Shown piece after piece: positions 14,119 through 26,196 of a DNA stretch of 64,000 nucleotides. This DNA comes from Schizochytrium sp. TIO01 (taxonomy: Eukaryota > Protista > Bigyra: Labyrinthulomycetes). The stretch spans positions 8,290,761-8,354,760 of the forward strand of contig SMSO01000031.1 of NCBI GenBank assembly GCA_004764695.1. Reading direction: 5' to 3'. The notes under the pieces are model-generated. The model worked only from the letters and a program-made list of their open reading frames with translations, did no database searches and was not told the DNA's origin. The position numbers and the translations under genes are program-made. Each line of letters begins with the position of its first letter. Within the stretch, counting starts at the first letter, position 1.

Positions 14119-15083
14119 CGAATTAGACTTTGGAGTGAAGGCCTCGTTGAGTGCGTTGCTTATTCTTCGCATATTTCCCAACCCAATACGTAAGAAAACA
14201 GGTGCTGTTTTGTCTGGCTGGTTTGGATATCGACGCAAGCTGGCGATAGCCCCCTAGTCGATTGAAAGGGTGGAAAGTTTTCTCTGGTTCTTGTCGTAAG
14301 GGCGAATGCAATCTGTATAGAAATAGCCTAGAGGGGTAGAGAGCAAGAGACGATTTTGCTTTGCTTTATATTTCCATCCATTTCGCACACTTGGACAGAG
14401 TGAGGAAGTAAATATTCCTTTATTGCAAGCACTCGAGGTGGATACTACCTACTACCGAGGCGTGCGAGTCCTCGTAGGGTTGATGCGAGGTACGCGCAAG
14501 TAGGTATTGACCTACCTGAGTAAGTAGTAAGTGATTGTTTTGTCATCAGTTTTTACTCAATTTGAAAGATGCCTCTGCACAGAGAGACTGTAGTTCTTTT
14601 TGAAACCGGGATTGCGAACTTGATCTTTTCAGAGAGTTGATGCGTACATACCTTGAAAAGGAGTGACCTGACTCATGAGGGTGGTTTCTAGTAGTCATTC
14701 CGATATTTCCTGTTTTACTAGAAGTGCTTTTTTCCTTTTTCCAATAATATTTTGCCTATGAGTTGAAAGACAAAATGACGATTGAGAGCTTGCGTTCGTC
14801 AGTGGAGACCGGAAGAGCAGCGTGAGCAAGCCAAGCGTAGAGACGTAGAAAAATAATAACAGAAAGAATAAGGACGAAGTAGGAGAAATGGCCTCTCAAG
14901 CTTTAAGTTACAGCCCAACGGTATAATGGAACTATTGCGTAGTATTGCCTACCCATGGAATGATAGAGAGATTTGTTCGTTAGATCGTTCACTCAATTTT
15001 GTTTCACTCACTTCTACTTATTCCTCAACACTTTCCATTTCCTTTTCTGAAAAGAATTTTAAATTTAAATAAAATAATAAATA

Positions 15084-15130
<47 letters not shown>

Positions 15131-18100
15131 TATTCTAAATATTCTCATAATTAAATATTGAACCAGCTACTTGTTATGATTAATTTTTAAAAATGTGGTT
15201 TCGTCTAAGACGTCCCTTTCATATATCATTAGATGATTGCTCCTTATAGCCTTCTCTCTCAAAGATCAGCAATGAAACGCTAAGTATTCGCACTTTTAAA
15301 ACAAATAAATAAAAATAGACCTACTTTAGGAGCCAAATTTTATTCGATTTTTTTGACATAACAAAAACAATAGCTCTATAAAAATCATGCGAGGCTAAAA
15401 TTTTCAAATAGAGTTTTTTAAATTAAGTTGTAGTCATGGGGACTTGAAATTTATTAAATTCGCCACTCCGCAACTATCGGGTCCTCAAGTTGCGTTTCCT
15501 TAATTGACCGACCCACATTGATGATAAGGGCTCAGAATCGTCGGCAAATATTGAACTTTCTTTATGTGTGCCAAACTCCTTCAGGAGCACATATTGAGTG
15601 ACTGTTTTAGTTTGAATTTTTTACCCTACTTAGAAAACGTTGACTCACTACCTCTGGCTAGGTAGGTAGTAAGAGTGCTAAGTTAATAAAGTAGCACTGC
15701 CGAGCATTTTAGAAAAATCTGCATAGAAGGGCGCATATACTGTTCCAGTGCAGAGTACCCAGTTGAGTGCGTAAATATCTATGCACATGCTATCATGATT
15801 TTCGTCTCTTTAGGCTACGCGCCATCGTAGTATATGTTTGTTTGCTTGTCCTTTGACTCAGCAAGTTTTCCAAACATATCTGCATTTCTTTGAGCGAAAA
15901 CAAGAAGAAATCAAATGATGCCATTTTTGGAGAGAAGTGGCGTGCAATTTATAAGTGAAATCGAGATTCTCATAGTCATTCTGCAGTATTCATTCAGGCA
16001 TGGAGCCTTTGTACAAGACTGGCGCTAGATATTAGTAGCTTCCTCTATGAAAGCATCAATCCTGGCACCATGTAGAGTATCTATGGTTTTTGCTTCTACA
16101 TTTCATGTGTAAACTCGGGCAAAATGCTCCGCATAACCTAGCTAGCCGAACGATGCACCAACTGGATGAGGTTCCTCGCATTTTCGAATATTATGCTATA
16201 GTAGACTCCCAATGACATGTTTCACCTCTTCCCTGCTCTATATTTCATGTAAATTTAATCCTTATCTACCTTGAGTGCATAACGAGATCGATCTATTTCC
16301 TCCTTGCTCGTGGTTGTAATTAAGTCCATGAGAGCAGGTTCCTTCTTTCATTTCTCGTTGTTGCTCAGAGCTTCGGGTTGTCGTACATAAATATCAAGTT
16401 TTAAAGAACGGTTTCAGCATTCTGAATAAATTGCCGCTGATAATCAAAGGCAGACAGGCCTGCTGGTGAAAACTGTGTTGAGAGTACCCAGAAGGCCCTT
16501 TTGAAAACTTGCCCATGATCAACATTTTCTGAGGTTTACTCTCCGTAAAGTGGTCCTATGCCTTGTACACCTTTGGCTTCAAGCTCTGTGCATCAGCTTC
16601 TCTGTTTGGTACACATTGGAAGTCAACTCTAGAGCAGCCAGAGGTGGACTGGGATGCATGTTAAAACATAAGAAGGCATTGTATGCTTAGACTTATGATA
16701 GAGATAGCGAGCTCTTGACCTTGAAGGTGAACACTTATGTGGGCTAGTTCATATTCTTATTAAGAGATTAACGTAGACTTTATCTGACATTACGCAGATT
16801 GTCAAGGGGCTAGTCTAGCCCATTTCCTTAACCACTAATTCAAGTTGACCTTACATAATACCTTTATTATGTGGTACACTTTCAATCTTGAATTTCCTTG
16901 GTCTTATACCTTCATATTGACAGTCATGCTCTTATCATAGACGAATCATAATGTTTAGGACGTATAATACCGTGCCAAGCAATCTGCTACTGTCTTGTCC
17001 GCATTGCCGTTCGATTGGTAATCTCAGCAGTCGAAGCGCGAAAAACCAATCAGCATGAAAGGATTATCCACTTTGCTTTTTAAGCCATCAAAAATACTGA
17101 AACAGAAAGTATAGTCAAGTCCCTCTCGTTCAACAGGTTCAACATAGAAACTCATGTTCCATTCGAACTAAATGAAGTTTAGCAGACATCAATTGTCAGC
17201 ATTGAGAGGTTTTTTAAACTTATAATCTACATTTTGGAATGCTTCTTCTTGCAAATTCCTTCTCTGGCAAGGCACCTGAGCCTTCAAACTTGCCTGAAAA
17301 TAGCGAACTGAGGTTGGACGTAAAGTACAATTAGAGCGTAGCAAATCATGTCACCATACTACTCTGCCATTGTGCAAAATAACCAGGCCAATATTTGTTG
17401 AGCATATGATCTCTTTTCTCTCTTTTATCTAAAATGATTAAAATGCTTTGACCTTCTGGACTATCTTGACACAAGCCTCGCGCATACCAAAGTCAAAGGA
17501 TTGAAGCATCCGAAAAAGTTTAAACTGAGGACAAAACACTATTAGAATCTGCACCACAAACGGAATAGCGGCAACAAGAACAAGGACCTTTTTCATTATA
17601 CCAGTCCTCACTCGATCTAGCTATTTGTTCCTACACCCATAAAAGAAACAATGCGAACCCTATCTGTTATAATTTGTACTGCCTCATGGTAAAAAGGACT
17701 GTCGCACACAACTGTGCTTGGCCTGCAAACTAAGCAAACTGCGAAAATTAGTTCTTATTGTCTTTGTGCCGAATCACATGAAGCATGAAGAGAGTGTAGC
17801 TAATTTGACTTTCTTTCGTTTGAACTCAGGGAGGTTATCATGGTTTTATGGTAGCAGCGACACAGAAATACGAGTGGAAGAACCCTTCAAGTGGCTCTCT
17901 AACTTGGGCTTGCAGAACGCTGTGGCGCTTGTGGCAATACATTTCTCAGTTGGAAGCCTTTCTCTCGGGCAGTGGAAAGCTTGCGCACATGGCTTCTTTA
18001 TTTATTTGCCCCGATGCCAAAAACCTCTCATCATGGCTTTTTCTTACTCACGAGACCAACCATATGCTATACAATAATTGGATTTGAGAGCTTTTCAAAA

Positions 18101-19758
18101 TATTCATCAATCTAAGTGTAATTTCAAGGCCTACGAATTCACAGCACTTGAGAATTTCTTAAGATCCAGGATGAGGTTTGATTCAATTTATTGCCCATTA
18201 ACTGCGGAGCGTGCAGAGGTAGCCTCATAAGCGAGCAAGACATGGCATGTAGTGAAGCGATGGTTGTTGAAGAAGGAAAATTAAAGAAGGATGGTATCAA
18301 GGTTCTAAATTAAGGTTGAGACCTCTAGATAAGGTAGACGAAGGGAATAGTATCAAAGCGAAATGTTAGGATGGGTTAGCCACATCCGTTCAGTAAGTCT
18401 TGATACAGCGTGAAATTGAACGGCAAGATTTGGATGTTCATCAAGGTTGGTAGATTGACCACTCTTAAAACCTTAGTTCACTGAGCTTTTATAAGTCTAC
18501 CTCAATAAGCCTTGAGGCGTCCCCTCTTCAATTGACTAGCCAACCTTTAGCTTGTCCGAATATAGCTCTCTACAGGTCTAGGATTTCTTTCGAAAGTCTT
18601 AGGTGACCCTCGGCTTTATTAATGTGATTGGAGTATGTGAACGTGTTTGAGAAGTAAACTCCACAGTAATTATATACTTTATAGGATTGAGTAGTTTCAT
18701 TTCTTTCAAGCAGGGAAGAAGCCGAGTACACCAATATCTCACGTTCAAATTGTATGGTTAAATTCCCCGGACAGAATCAATACTCTGCACCGATCGATCG
18801 ATAGTCCATGCGGGCGCAGAAAGTCAATCGTGCAACTCTTGAAAGAAACAGGTTCCACCCAACCCGACCACATCACCCCAGTAATGAATAGTAAATAGGC
18901 GAACAGGAAGGATTGTGAATGGGCCTTATTTTGCACATTTGTAGGAACAACCATCGCGGAAACACATTCGCCTCAGTGGCTGCAGTTCATGTCATTGAAT
19001 GCCGGGAAGTCACTCAAACGGTTGCCAGAGCCATCTCCAAGAAAATGTGCGCTCTGTTTTAATCTTGGCAAACCACCGTGGAGCTTTTAGACTGAAGTTG
19101 CTATGACTACTGAGGTCGGTAGTTTGGAACGGATGCTAGATCAACAGTAAGCTGCCCATACTTTTGATCTCTCAGGCTTTTGCTCATGGCTATGCTAGTT
19201 CACTTCCTCTATTTCGCTTTTTAAACCCGTGGTTCTCATTTTTCTTGCCATAAATTCTGGGGGGCAATCGTTTCTAAAAATATGAATACCAGTTTTTCTA
19301 TCTTTTCTAAACCCAATCTTCAAAATAATCTTCTTCTTCCTCCTTGGACATATATGGAGCTTTTGAAGTAGCACTTGCTCTCTAAAAGGAATTATGGATG
19401 TATTTACTGAGCTTTGGGGCATTTCAAGTACCTAAGCCTTTGATTTTTTCCCTAAGTTTTGAAAGCTTATTTTTTTTTTTAAAGAAAAGAAGAAGCATTT
19501 AGAATTTCGGCCCTCACATCGTTCGCAGTAGTCTTCTTGCATACGGCAAAGCAAAAAGTCTAGATGAGCCTCATGGATTTGTCGATCAGTTCGTTGAACC
19601 AAATTTTGGTCTCTTGTACCATATTTTGCAGAAACTGAGCCTTTTAAGAATATCGAACTTCCTCCTCGTGATGAACAAAAGAATTTCATGATCCTCATAA
19701 CATGTGTCTGGTCGTTCATAACCACATAAAGAAGCAATAAACCTCAAAATCGCCTATA

Positions 19759-20685
19759 ATGGGCGTGCGAGTCTGCGAGCGTGTGGAGCTTCCGGGCCAC
19801 CGCGGTGCGGTGCTTGCTGCCTGTTTCGCAGGCAAGTATGTATTGACAGCTGGTGCTGACAAGTCCGTGCGGTTGCACAATCCTCTGCGAGATGCGCCGC
19901 AGGATCGGCAAGTTGCGGTCTTCACGGGCCCACATGGGTACGAGCTCGTAGACGTATCCGTGAGCTCAGACAGCAGCTTCATGGCGTGCTGCGGAAAAGA
20001 CAAATGCGGTTTCGTGTGGGATGTGGAGTCACAGCAAGTAGTACAGAAACTCTTTGGTCACTCGCAAGAGCTCACAGCCACAAGCTTCGCGCCCACGAAT
20101 AACCTTGTGGCAACGGGCGCAAAGGACTGCACGGTGCGTATATTTGACCTTCGCTCACCGAATCCTGCGGGCATTATGACTTTGCGTGGATTCAGAGACA
20201 ACATTACAGCAGTGCACATGACTGCAGCAGAGATCCTGGCTATTGCTGCGAGTGGAGAACTCAAGACTTTCGATGTGCGAAACGCAGTGGTGTCTATGGA
20301 TGACTTTGGCGGTCGCAGTTTATCAGGACTTGCGGTCTCTGCAGATGAATCATGCGCGCTAGTAACTTGTGTAGACCCTGGAAAGATATGCATGATCGAT
20401 AGGGAGTCAGGACTGGCAATGAGAAGTTATGAAGGCCACAGTAATAAAAGCAACCGAATCCCAGCACAATTTCTTTCGGGGAAGAACTTTCCAGACCTCA
20501 TTTGTGGAGGCTCTGAGGATGGTGAGGTTTGGCTCTGGGAAATGGCAACGGGTAGAGAGACGTTGCGAGTCCAGCCGCATTCAGGCCCACTCAGCGCTTT
20601 GGCGTGTTCATCGCCTGCACATGCTAGTATCCTTAGCGCGGGTTATGATGGCCAAGTTTTTGTTCATCGGGTTGTCGAAGAGTGA
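19759..20685 (+). CDS. WDR83: WD40-repeat protein, WDR83/MORG1 orthologue (308 aa)
   Basis: GHRGAV..YVLTAGADKSVRLHNPLR..GPHGYELVD..WDVESQQVVQKLFGH..FDLRS..YEGHSN..GSEDGEVWLW is collinear with recalled MORG1 sequence and of similar length. Confidence 0.85.
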   Translation: MGVRVCERVELPGHRGAVLAACFAGKYVLTAGADKSVRLHNPLRDAPQDRQVAVFTGPHGYELVDVSVSSDSSFMACCGKDKCGFVWDVESQQVVQKLFGHSQELTATSFAPTNNLVATGAKDCTVRIFDLRSPNPAGIMTLRGFRDNITAVHMTAAEILAIAASGELKTFDVRNAVVSMDDFGGRSLSGLAVSADESCALVTCVDPGKICMIDRESGLAMRSYEGHSNKSNRIPAQFLSGKNFPDLICGGSEDGEVWLWEMATGRETLRVQPHSGPLSALACSSPAHASILSAGYDGQVFVHRVVEE

Positions 20686-20696
20686 ACGTGCGCCAT

Positions 20697-22412
20697 CTAA
20701 GTTCCATTTAACAGAGAGTTGTGACATATTCCGAAGGTTTGAACCACGGCGTATAGGAAATCCAGTCGCTTAGATGTTTCCAATCGACCCGAGGCTTGAC
20801 TCTCCTTCATCTTGTTCCCTAAGGAGGTTTTGAACACCGATAGGGGATAGATATAATGTATTGACATAGCTTTATTTGTGCTTTTAAAATAGTTGTCAAT
20901 AATATTTGCCTTCTGCATGATGACAGTCGTATGAGTTTTAAGTCCTTTTCGTTGCTCATGGTCTAAATGCTGGCGTAATTCATATAAGAGAGGGCAGTAG
21001 CCGAGCTCGTTTACATTATTGCAGCATTTGCGAATGTACTCAAACCCGTTTTTCTTCGCTTCGTCGGGCACCTTGATCACGCGCGGGTTTGAACAGAGCT
21101 GTGGGTAAAAATGCACTACGCTGTGGTGCCAGGGGCGCTGCAAGTCACCCGATCGGACGGGCTCGAGAAAGCGGAGGTAATCCTTGGCCTTGGCGCCCTG
21201 CAGCTTCTGCCGCACCACTTGGAAGCCATCATCCGCCTTGGCGCACCCTGGAAGACGGAACTCGCGTTTACCTTTCGAGTAAATTACAACTTCCATCAGA
21301 CAGCCTAGCTTGAAGATACTCCAAGGATTAGAAGCAGCAGCAGAGGCAGCAGCAGCAGCAGCAGCAGGATTATTGATCCTCTTGTACTTGCGGAAGTGGA
21401 AGCACCGCCGGAAGGTCTCAAGGTGGCCGTGGCAGATCCCTGAAGTCGCAGTGGGAACGTCGATTTCTCTGGTCACAATCTTGAGCATCGTAGAAGTAAT
21501 CACCGCGGCGGCCTGCCGCAGGACCTCGCGATTGGGGAAGCCCGCCTCACACCCCACAATGGCGTGAAAGGAGATCTTGGGCTCCTTCGCATAGTACTGG
21601 GGCCGGTTGCTCTCCAGGATGAGGAAATCGTCTGCGGCCAGCTGCAGAGGGGCTCCGTCTCGATCAGTCATCGTCTCGTTCATGATCATCACGGCAAGGC
21701 GGCAGAGCGTGGTGACCGAAATGCGAATATCATCGTAGCTAAGTGGCAGGTCATCCCTCGGAGAGCGCACGCGCAGGTCCTCTGAATCAACGTCTACATC
21801 AATATCAAAGTGCATCTTGCAGGCTTCGTAAGACTGGATAATCTCATGGTAGTTCCGCAGAAAAGGCGGCGTGCTGGCTACAACCAGGCAAAGGTCGCGC
21901 GGGCCCAGCAGTGGCATGAAGCGGTGCGCAATGTGGTTCCCTATAAATCCATTCACCGCAAGGAAAAACACGTACGTGTCTCTGCGCGCGTCATGCTCTT
22001 CTTCGCCGTAAGCAGAGTGCAGCCTGTAGTGCCGCCGGATCTCCGCAAGTTTGGTCTTGACTCTGGAGATAAGCGTGGTGTCTGTATCTGCGAGACCTCT
22101 GTCGCTGTCTTCCACCGGGAAACGCGACAAAATCATCGACAGGTCCCCCTGCTCGCTCATCTTGCCGTGCAGGGACCGCAGGCGCGCGTCGTTCATCGAG
22201 TCGAAGGAACTAAGAAGCTCGCGAAGGGCATACACAGAAGCATTCTGGCGCCGCTTGAGCTTAGGAAGGGGCCACGAAACCAGCGTGCTATCGCAAGCCC
22301 TTTCCATATCGCGAAAACCAAAGGCCTTGTCAACGGAAATGCTCTTGATCGCGTCATTGATCCGAAGAGCGCGGTCAATGCGCCTTTGCTCGCGCTCGGC
22401 CTCAGTGATCAT
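20697..22412 (-). CDS. Archaeo-eukaryotic primase of PrimPol / NCLDV-herpesvirus primase type (about 571 aa from ATG 22412)
   Basis: Motif I YHEII..ACKMHFDIDVD, motif II LILES...KISFH, motif III-like LMEVVIYSKGKREFRLPGCAK (compare PrimPol DLGVYTRNRNFRLYKSSK). Intronless. The longer ORF start lies in AT-rich sequence on a non-ATG codon. Confidence 0.75.
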   Translation of the reverse strand: MITEAEREQRRIDRALRINDAIKSISVDKAFGFRDMERACDSTLVSWPLPKLKRRQNASVYALRELLSSFDSMNDARLRSLHGKMSEQGDLSMILSRFPVEDSDRGLADTDTTLISRVKTKLAEIRRHYRLHSAYGEEEHDARRDTYVFFLAVNGFIGNHIAHRFMPLLGPRDLCLVVASTPPFLRNYHEIIQSYEACKMHFDIDVDVDSEDLRVRSPRDDLPLSYDDIRISVTTLCRLAVMIMNETMTDRDGAPLQLAADDFLILESNRPQYYAKEPKISFHAIVGCEAGFPNREVLRQAAAVITSTMLKIVTREIDVPTATSGICHGHLETFRRCFHFRKYKRINNPAAAAAAASAAASNPWSIFKLGCLMEVVIYSKGKREFRLPGCAKADDGFQVVRQKLQGAKAKDYLRFLEPVRSGDLQRPWHHSVVHFYPQLCSNPRVIKVPDEAKKNGFEYIRKCCNNVNELGYCPLLYELRQHLDHEQRKGLKTHTTVIMQKANIIDNYFKSTNKAMSIHYIYPLSVFKTSLGNKMKESQASGRLETSKRLDFLYAVVQTFGICHNSLLNGT

Positions 22413-23137
22413 CAGGAGGGAGGTTTGTTTTTCTCCTTCTTTGTTGCTTGGTTTGTTTTTTAAAATAAAATTTAGTCTTCTTGTTCTTCTTATAATGTGA
22501 TGGACTACTGCTATTACCTTGTGTGAACGAATCAAGCTTTTCTGATCATCCAACTCAATTTTGATTTTAGTTTTGCTTCGTAGTTTTTCTTAATTTTCAC
22601 AATGGCTTCTTACGTGTAAATCCAAAAGCAAAATCTAACCATGAATCGACCTTTGTTGAAATGCCTATATTGTCAAGGGAGGGCTCCTCTCTAACCGTCT
22701 AACCTGTCGAGATCTTCCAACAACTGGAATTATTGTACTTCCATTTGTACCACTTTTTGTAAGTTAGAAAAAATTGGTTTGTCACGGGAAACTATAGTTT
22801 ATGATAGTTTTACCATATTCATAGGTAAAATTGCTGTAAATATACACCACTCCGCAAAAACTGTGTACTTCCATGTGGCCCAAGGGTCTGGAACTTTTGG
22901 TGGACCAGATCGACCAAACGGTTTGCCAGAGTTTTTGCGCGGCCGGGAACAGAGCTCTTCGTGAAAAGCGAGAAGGAAATCGGATAACTCCAGACTTTTT
23001 GATCTTTTTGGCTTCTCCAGAGCCCAAACCGGAAATCCAGAGCTCTTGATGATTGCATTTTCCTTTAAAGATACTTTAACGAATTCTCGCATCTAGACAT
23101 AAGAAAGAAATAGTACGTACCTACTTAGCTAAGAACA

Positions 23138-24324
23138 ATGAGCGGAGATAAGCAAGAAGTTCAAGACATTGAGCAAGTGCAGCAGGTTTACTCCAAGTAT
23201 GAAAACCTCTCTCCTGCCATGCGCGCTGCCGTGCTCGATGATCCCACGGTGAAGAACGCTTCACCGCACCTGCTGGATATCTGGCACTACACGAATCGCT
23301 TCATCGGAGCGACAGGCTTTGTCAACCATGCAGCTCAGGTAGCGCGCATGTGCGGACTTGCCTATGCTACCAAGTTCGATCGTGTAGTATTCCGCAGTCG
23401 CTACCTTGAAGTTCATGGTAAAAAAGAGGTAGATTGGAATTTTGTCAAGAAGTCGGAGGGTTTTCAAGGCCTTTCCGGCAAAACTTCTGAAGTAGACACC
23501 GCCGCTGTCAATTCTGAAAACTCCATAGTATTACCAGTGCCCGGGTCAGCCACCGGAGAGACTGTGACAATTTCTCCGGGAGGGAATGCAGCGAAGTTTC
23601 CTATGCTAACCGAGAAGTTCGCTCGCCGACTGATTTTGCGTTGCGGTCAGAAAGGCCTAGATAAGGACTCCGCTGAGTTCCTCCTTGCCATGAATGATAT
23701 TGTGGTGAAGGTTGCTACCTGTCAGTACGTGCAACCCGAAGAACAGCAGGAGCAACAGAACCGAGGTACTAAACATCCTATGACCTGGCAGGAGGAACTG
23801 GAGTACGAGAAGTTTCTACTTTTTCAGAAGAAGCGTATGGAGGAGCTCAAATTAAAGAAGCTCGTCGAGATGCCGAAGAAGCCCAGTTGAGGCAGATTCG
23901 GGCGGAGAATTTCTTCAAAATGATGGCTGCCTATGGAGGTGACGAGTCTGACCGTGACAAGATCCACCGCATGGATTACCAGCGCAATATCGTTTTCTCC
24001 ATTGGTGATTCCTTGCTTCAGGATATCAGGGGAGGTCACTCACAAATGCAGAGTGGCCAGCCTGTGCACACCATTATGGACGCTGAGCCTGCACAAAGAG
24101 AAATTACCATTTCCGAAGTTGCTTTGCGATTGCTGGGACGCCCTGCACGCGACAAGGAACTTCCCAAGTTTGGAATGGCTGTGAGCAAACTCTATTTTGC
24201 TAAGTACGGCACCAAGCCTCCCAAGCGCAACCAGTTCGTGGATGGTGCGCCTCGCCAAGTCAATTCTTATACTACTAAGGACCTTGACCTTCTTGAGCAA
24301 GGCATTCATCAGTGTATCCAATAA
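23138..24324 (+). pseudogene. Virus/phage antirepressor-like DNA-binding protein, split by a -1 frameshift near 23845
   Basis: N part GGNAAKFPMLTEKFARRLILR..AEFLLAMNDIV resembles AntA/MSV199-type domains; C part FGMAVSKLYFAKYGTKPPKRNQFVDGAPRQVNSYTTKDLDLLE resembles viral antirepressor C-terminal domains. The second frame is open from about 23773 and reads AQIKEARRDAEEAQLRQ. Confidence 0.55.
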
Positions 24325-26196
24325 AACTCTGCAAGTAGATAAATCGATGGAAAATTTCTAAACACTCAAATAAAACGAAAATGTAGTACCTCTAGATCTT
24401 CCTGCACCCAAAATTGAATTGGAGGAGAGTGATGAGTCATCCATGCGCCATCAAAATCCCCTTTCCACCTTTGGTTTTTCGTAGGTACCCTTTTATTTAG
24501 TTCCTCATTCCTCCCAAAAGCAGACGGTCACCGCTGACTAAGAAAGCTTAAAATCTCTTTTATAGATACGAAGGTGAGAGTGTGAAAGAAGAGGAGGGAG
24601 AGAAAATGGGAAAGGGCAAACGCCGCCAAAGCCGCAAACGCGGTGACGACAGTGCGACGACGAACGAGGGCGCGACGGGAGCCAAAGCGTCAGGCAGTCG
24701 CAGGGGTGTGCCGTTCCGGAAGGTAGGTATTGGGCGTTTAGATCCCGTCCCTGAGAATAACGCGATGGAGAATCAAGGCGCTTTGGACGATGCCGAGAGC
24801 AGGCGCCGCACAGCCCAACGAGTATATGATGATACGATCAATAAGCTCCAAAGGATAGAGGAGAAGATCGAGCAACTTGAAGAGGCGACCGATGAGGACA
24901 ACGAACAGGAGATTTTCGACCGACTGCCTGAATTTTATAAACGCCGTTTTGAAAATGTTGGGGGTTACTACGACTATTTAATTGAGGAACGAGCGAATCG
25001 CAGACGTGAAGCAGAATTTCGCAGCGAAACATTGAAGACGGCTACTCAGGAGGTCCAAGACCTTAGGGCAGCACTCAGACTGATCACACACGGTGATAAG
25101 CGCTATTTTGAGGTCACTGGTTGGATCAACGGATCGAAATATAGTACTGGCGTTCGTCAGAGCGTCTACTATGCCGCAGCTGATACAGGTGGAATGTACC
25201 TCACCTCGGTCGATGAAGAGCCTCACGATGCTCATCGAAATGCTATATACTATAATGGAGAAGACCTCAATTTTCAGCTTTTCTTTTGTGACGAAAAGGC
25301 GGCCAGAGAATTTACAGTCTTGATTTCCAACGGCCGGAGTCAGCGAGTGAACACGAAGATATCTAATTTGGAGGAAAAGATATTCCCCCAAGACCTCCGT
25401 AACATTCTTTACGACGATTATGATACTACGGATGAACCAGACTCGCCTGGCACCTCCCACGCATCTTCAATCTCTAGCAAGACTTTGGCCGACTTGTCGA
25501 GTAACCTGGCCAAATTTCAATCCATTGAACGTTCTGATTTAGTGGCGCGTGGTAAAGCACAAGTCTGTCACCTTGTGGATAAGAGTCACGTTGGAAGCAT
25601 CGAAGGTTTCTCTGATGATGACAACAATAAGCTATGCTTAACCCCGACTCTTCACGCGAAGTTCGATGGGGATCGGAACAGGCACGGATATATATCCCCC
25701 CCTGACATACTGATCGAGCCCGTTATAGGGCCGCGAGAGGGCCTCATTGTTACCGCTCCGGGGGTAATTGAAAACCCTGGATTCACCGATGACCAACTAC
25801 AGGAACGTGCTTTGGTGTGGCTCAAAGTGAGCTTTCCTTTCAAAGAAGACTTCATTCTTTTTGGGAATCTACTCAAATTTGGTAGCATCGTTGATCCCGA
25901 GGAGGACCTAGAGTCGCAGTATTGGGTTGTCTACACTTTTGTTCACGTTCTTGATAAAGATCAGTTTATGAAGAATGTTGATTGGAAAGCAAAACGCACG
26001 AGGGAAACATGGGAGGAAAGGGGATTTGATCAAATAAATTAACCGTCTGAACTTTAAAAATGAAAATTAATTACCACTAAGGCAGAATGTCTCCGGACCG
26101 TCTATATTCTCAACCAGTTTTGCAGACAGTCCGTCTCGCCAAGTCGATTCTTATACTACTAAGGACCTTCACCTTCTTGAGCAAGGCATTCATCAG
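24228..26196 (+). repeat. Imperfect ~85-bp direct repeats (24228-24312 and 26111-26196) bracketing the HNH gene
   Basis: ctcgccaagtc(a/g)attcttatactactaaggacctt(g/c)accttcttgagcaaggcattcatcag occurs twice; it is the 3' end of the antirepressor-like gene. Confidence 0.85.
24606..26042 (+). CDS. Crinkler (CRN)-like HNH nuclease effector with coiled-coil N-terminus
   Basis: FQSIE..GKAQVCHLV..DDDNNKLCLTPTLHAKFDG (HNH) and terminal TFVHVLDKDQFMKNVDWK resemble recalled oomycete CRN C-terminal domains; first ATG at 24606. Confidence 0.7.
   Translation: MGKGKRRQSRKRGDDSATTNEGATGAKASGSRRGVPFRKVGIGRLDPVPENNAMENQGALDDAESRRRTAQRVYDDTINKLQRIEEKIEQLEEATDEDNEQEIFDRLPEFYKRRFENVGGYYDYLIEERANRRREAEFRSETLKTATQEVQDLRAALRLITHGDKRYFEVTGWINGSKYSTGVRQSVYYAAADTGGMYLTSVDEEPHDAHRNAIYYNGEDLNFQLFFCDEKAAREFTVLISNGRSQRVNTKISNLEEKIFPQDLRNILYDDYDTTDEPDSPGTSHASSISSKTLADLSSNLAKFQSIERSDLVARGKAQVCHLVDKSHVGSIEGFSDDDNNKLCLTPTLHAKFDGDRNRHGYISPPDILIEPVIGPREGLIVTAPGVIENPGFTDDQLQERALVWLKVSFPFKEDFILFGNLLKFGSIVDPEEDLESQYWVVYTFVHVLDKDQFMKNVDWKAKRTRETWEERGFDQIN

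Noticed and set aside
15085-15130. (AT)n(GA)n tract; also (CTA)n near 9715
   Set aside because: Ordinary microsatellites.
15650-17700. Possible decayed copia pol on the minus strand (QSNGNADKTV integrase-like, ADFSKML RNaseH-like)
   Set aside because: Only two weak motifs among many stops; needs tBLASTn/RepeatMasker.
22640-23092. Small ORFs between primase and antirepressor-like genes (CLYC fragment; 97-aa minus ORF)
   Set aside because: No recognisable domain, overlapping alternatives; cannot be supported.
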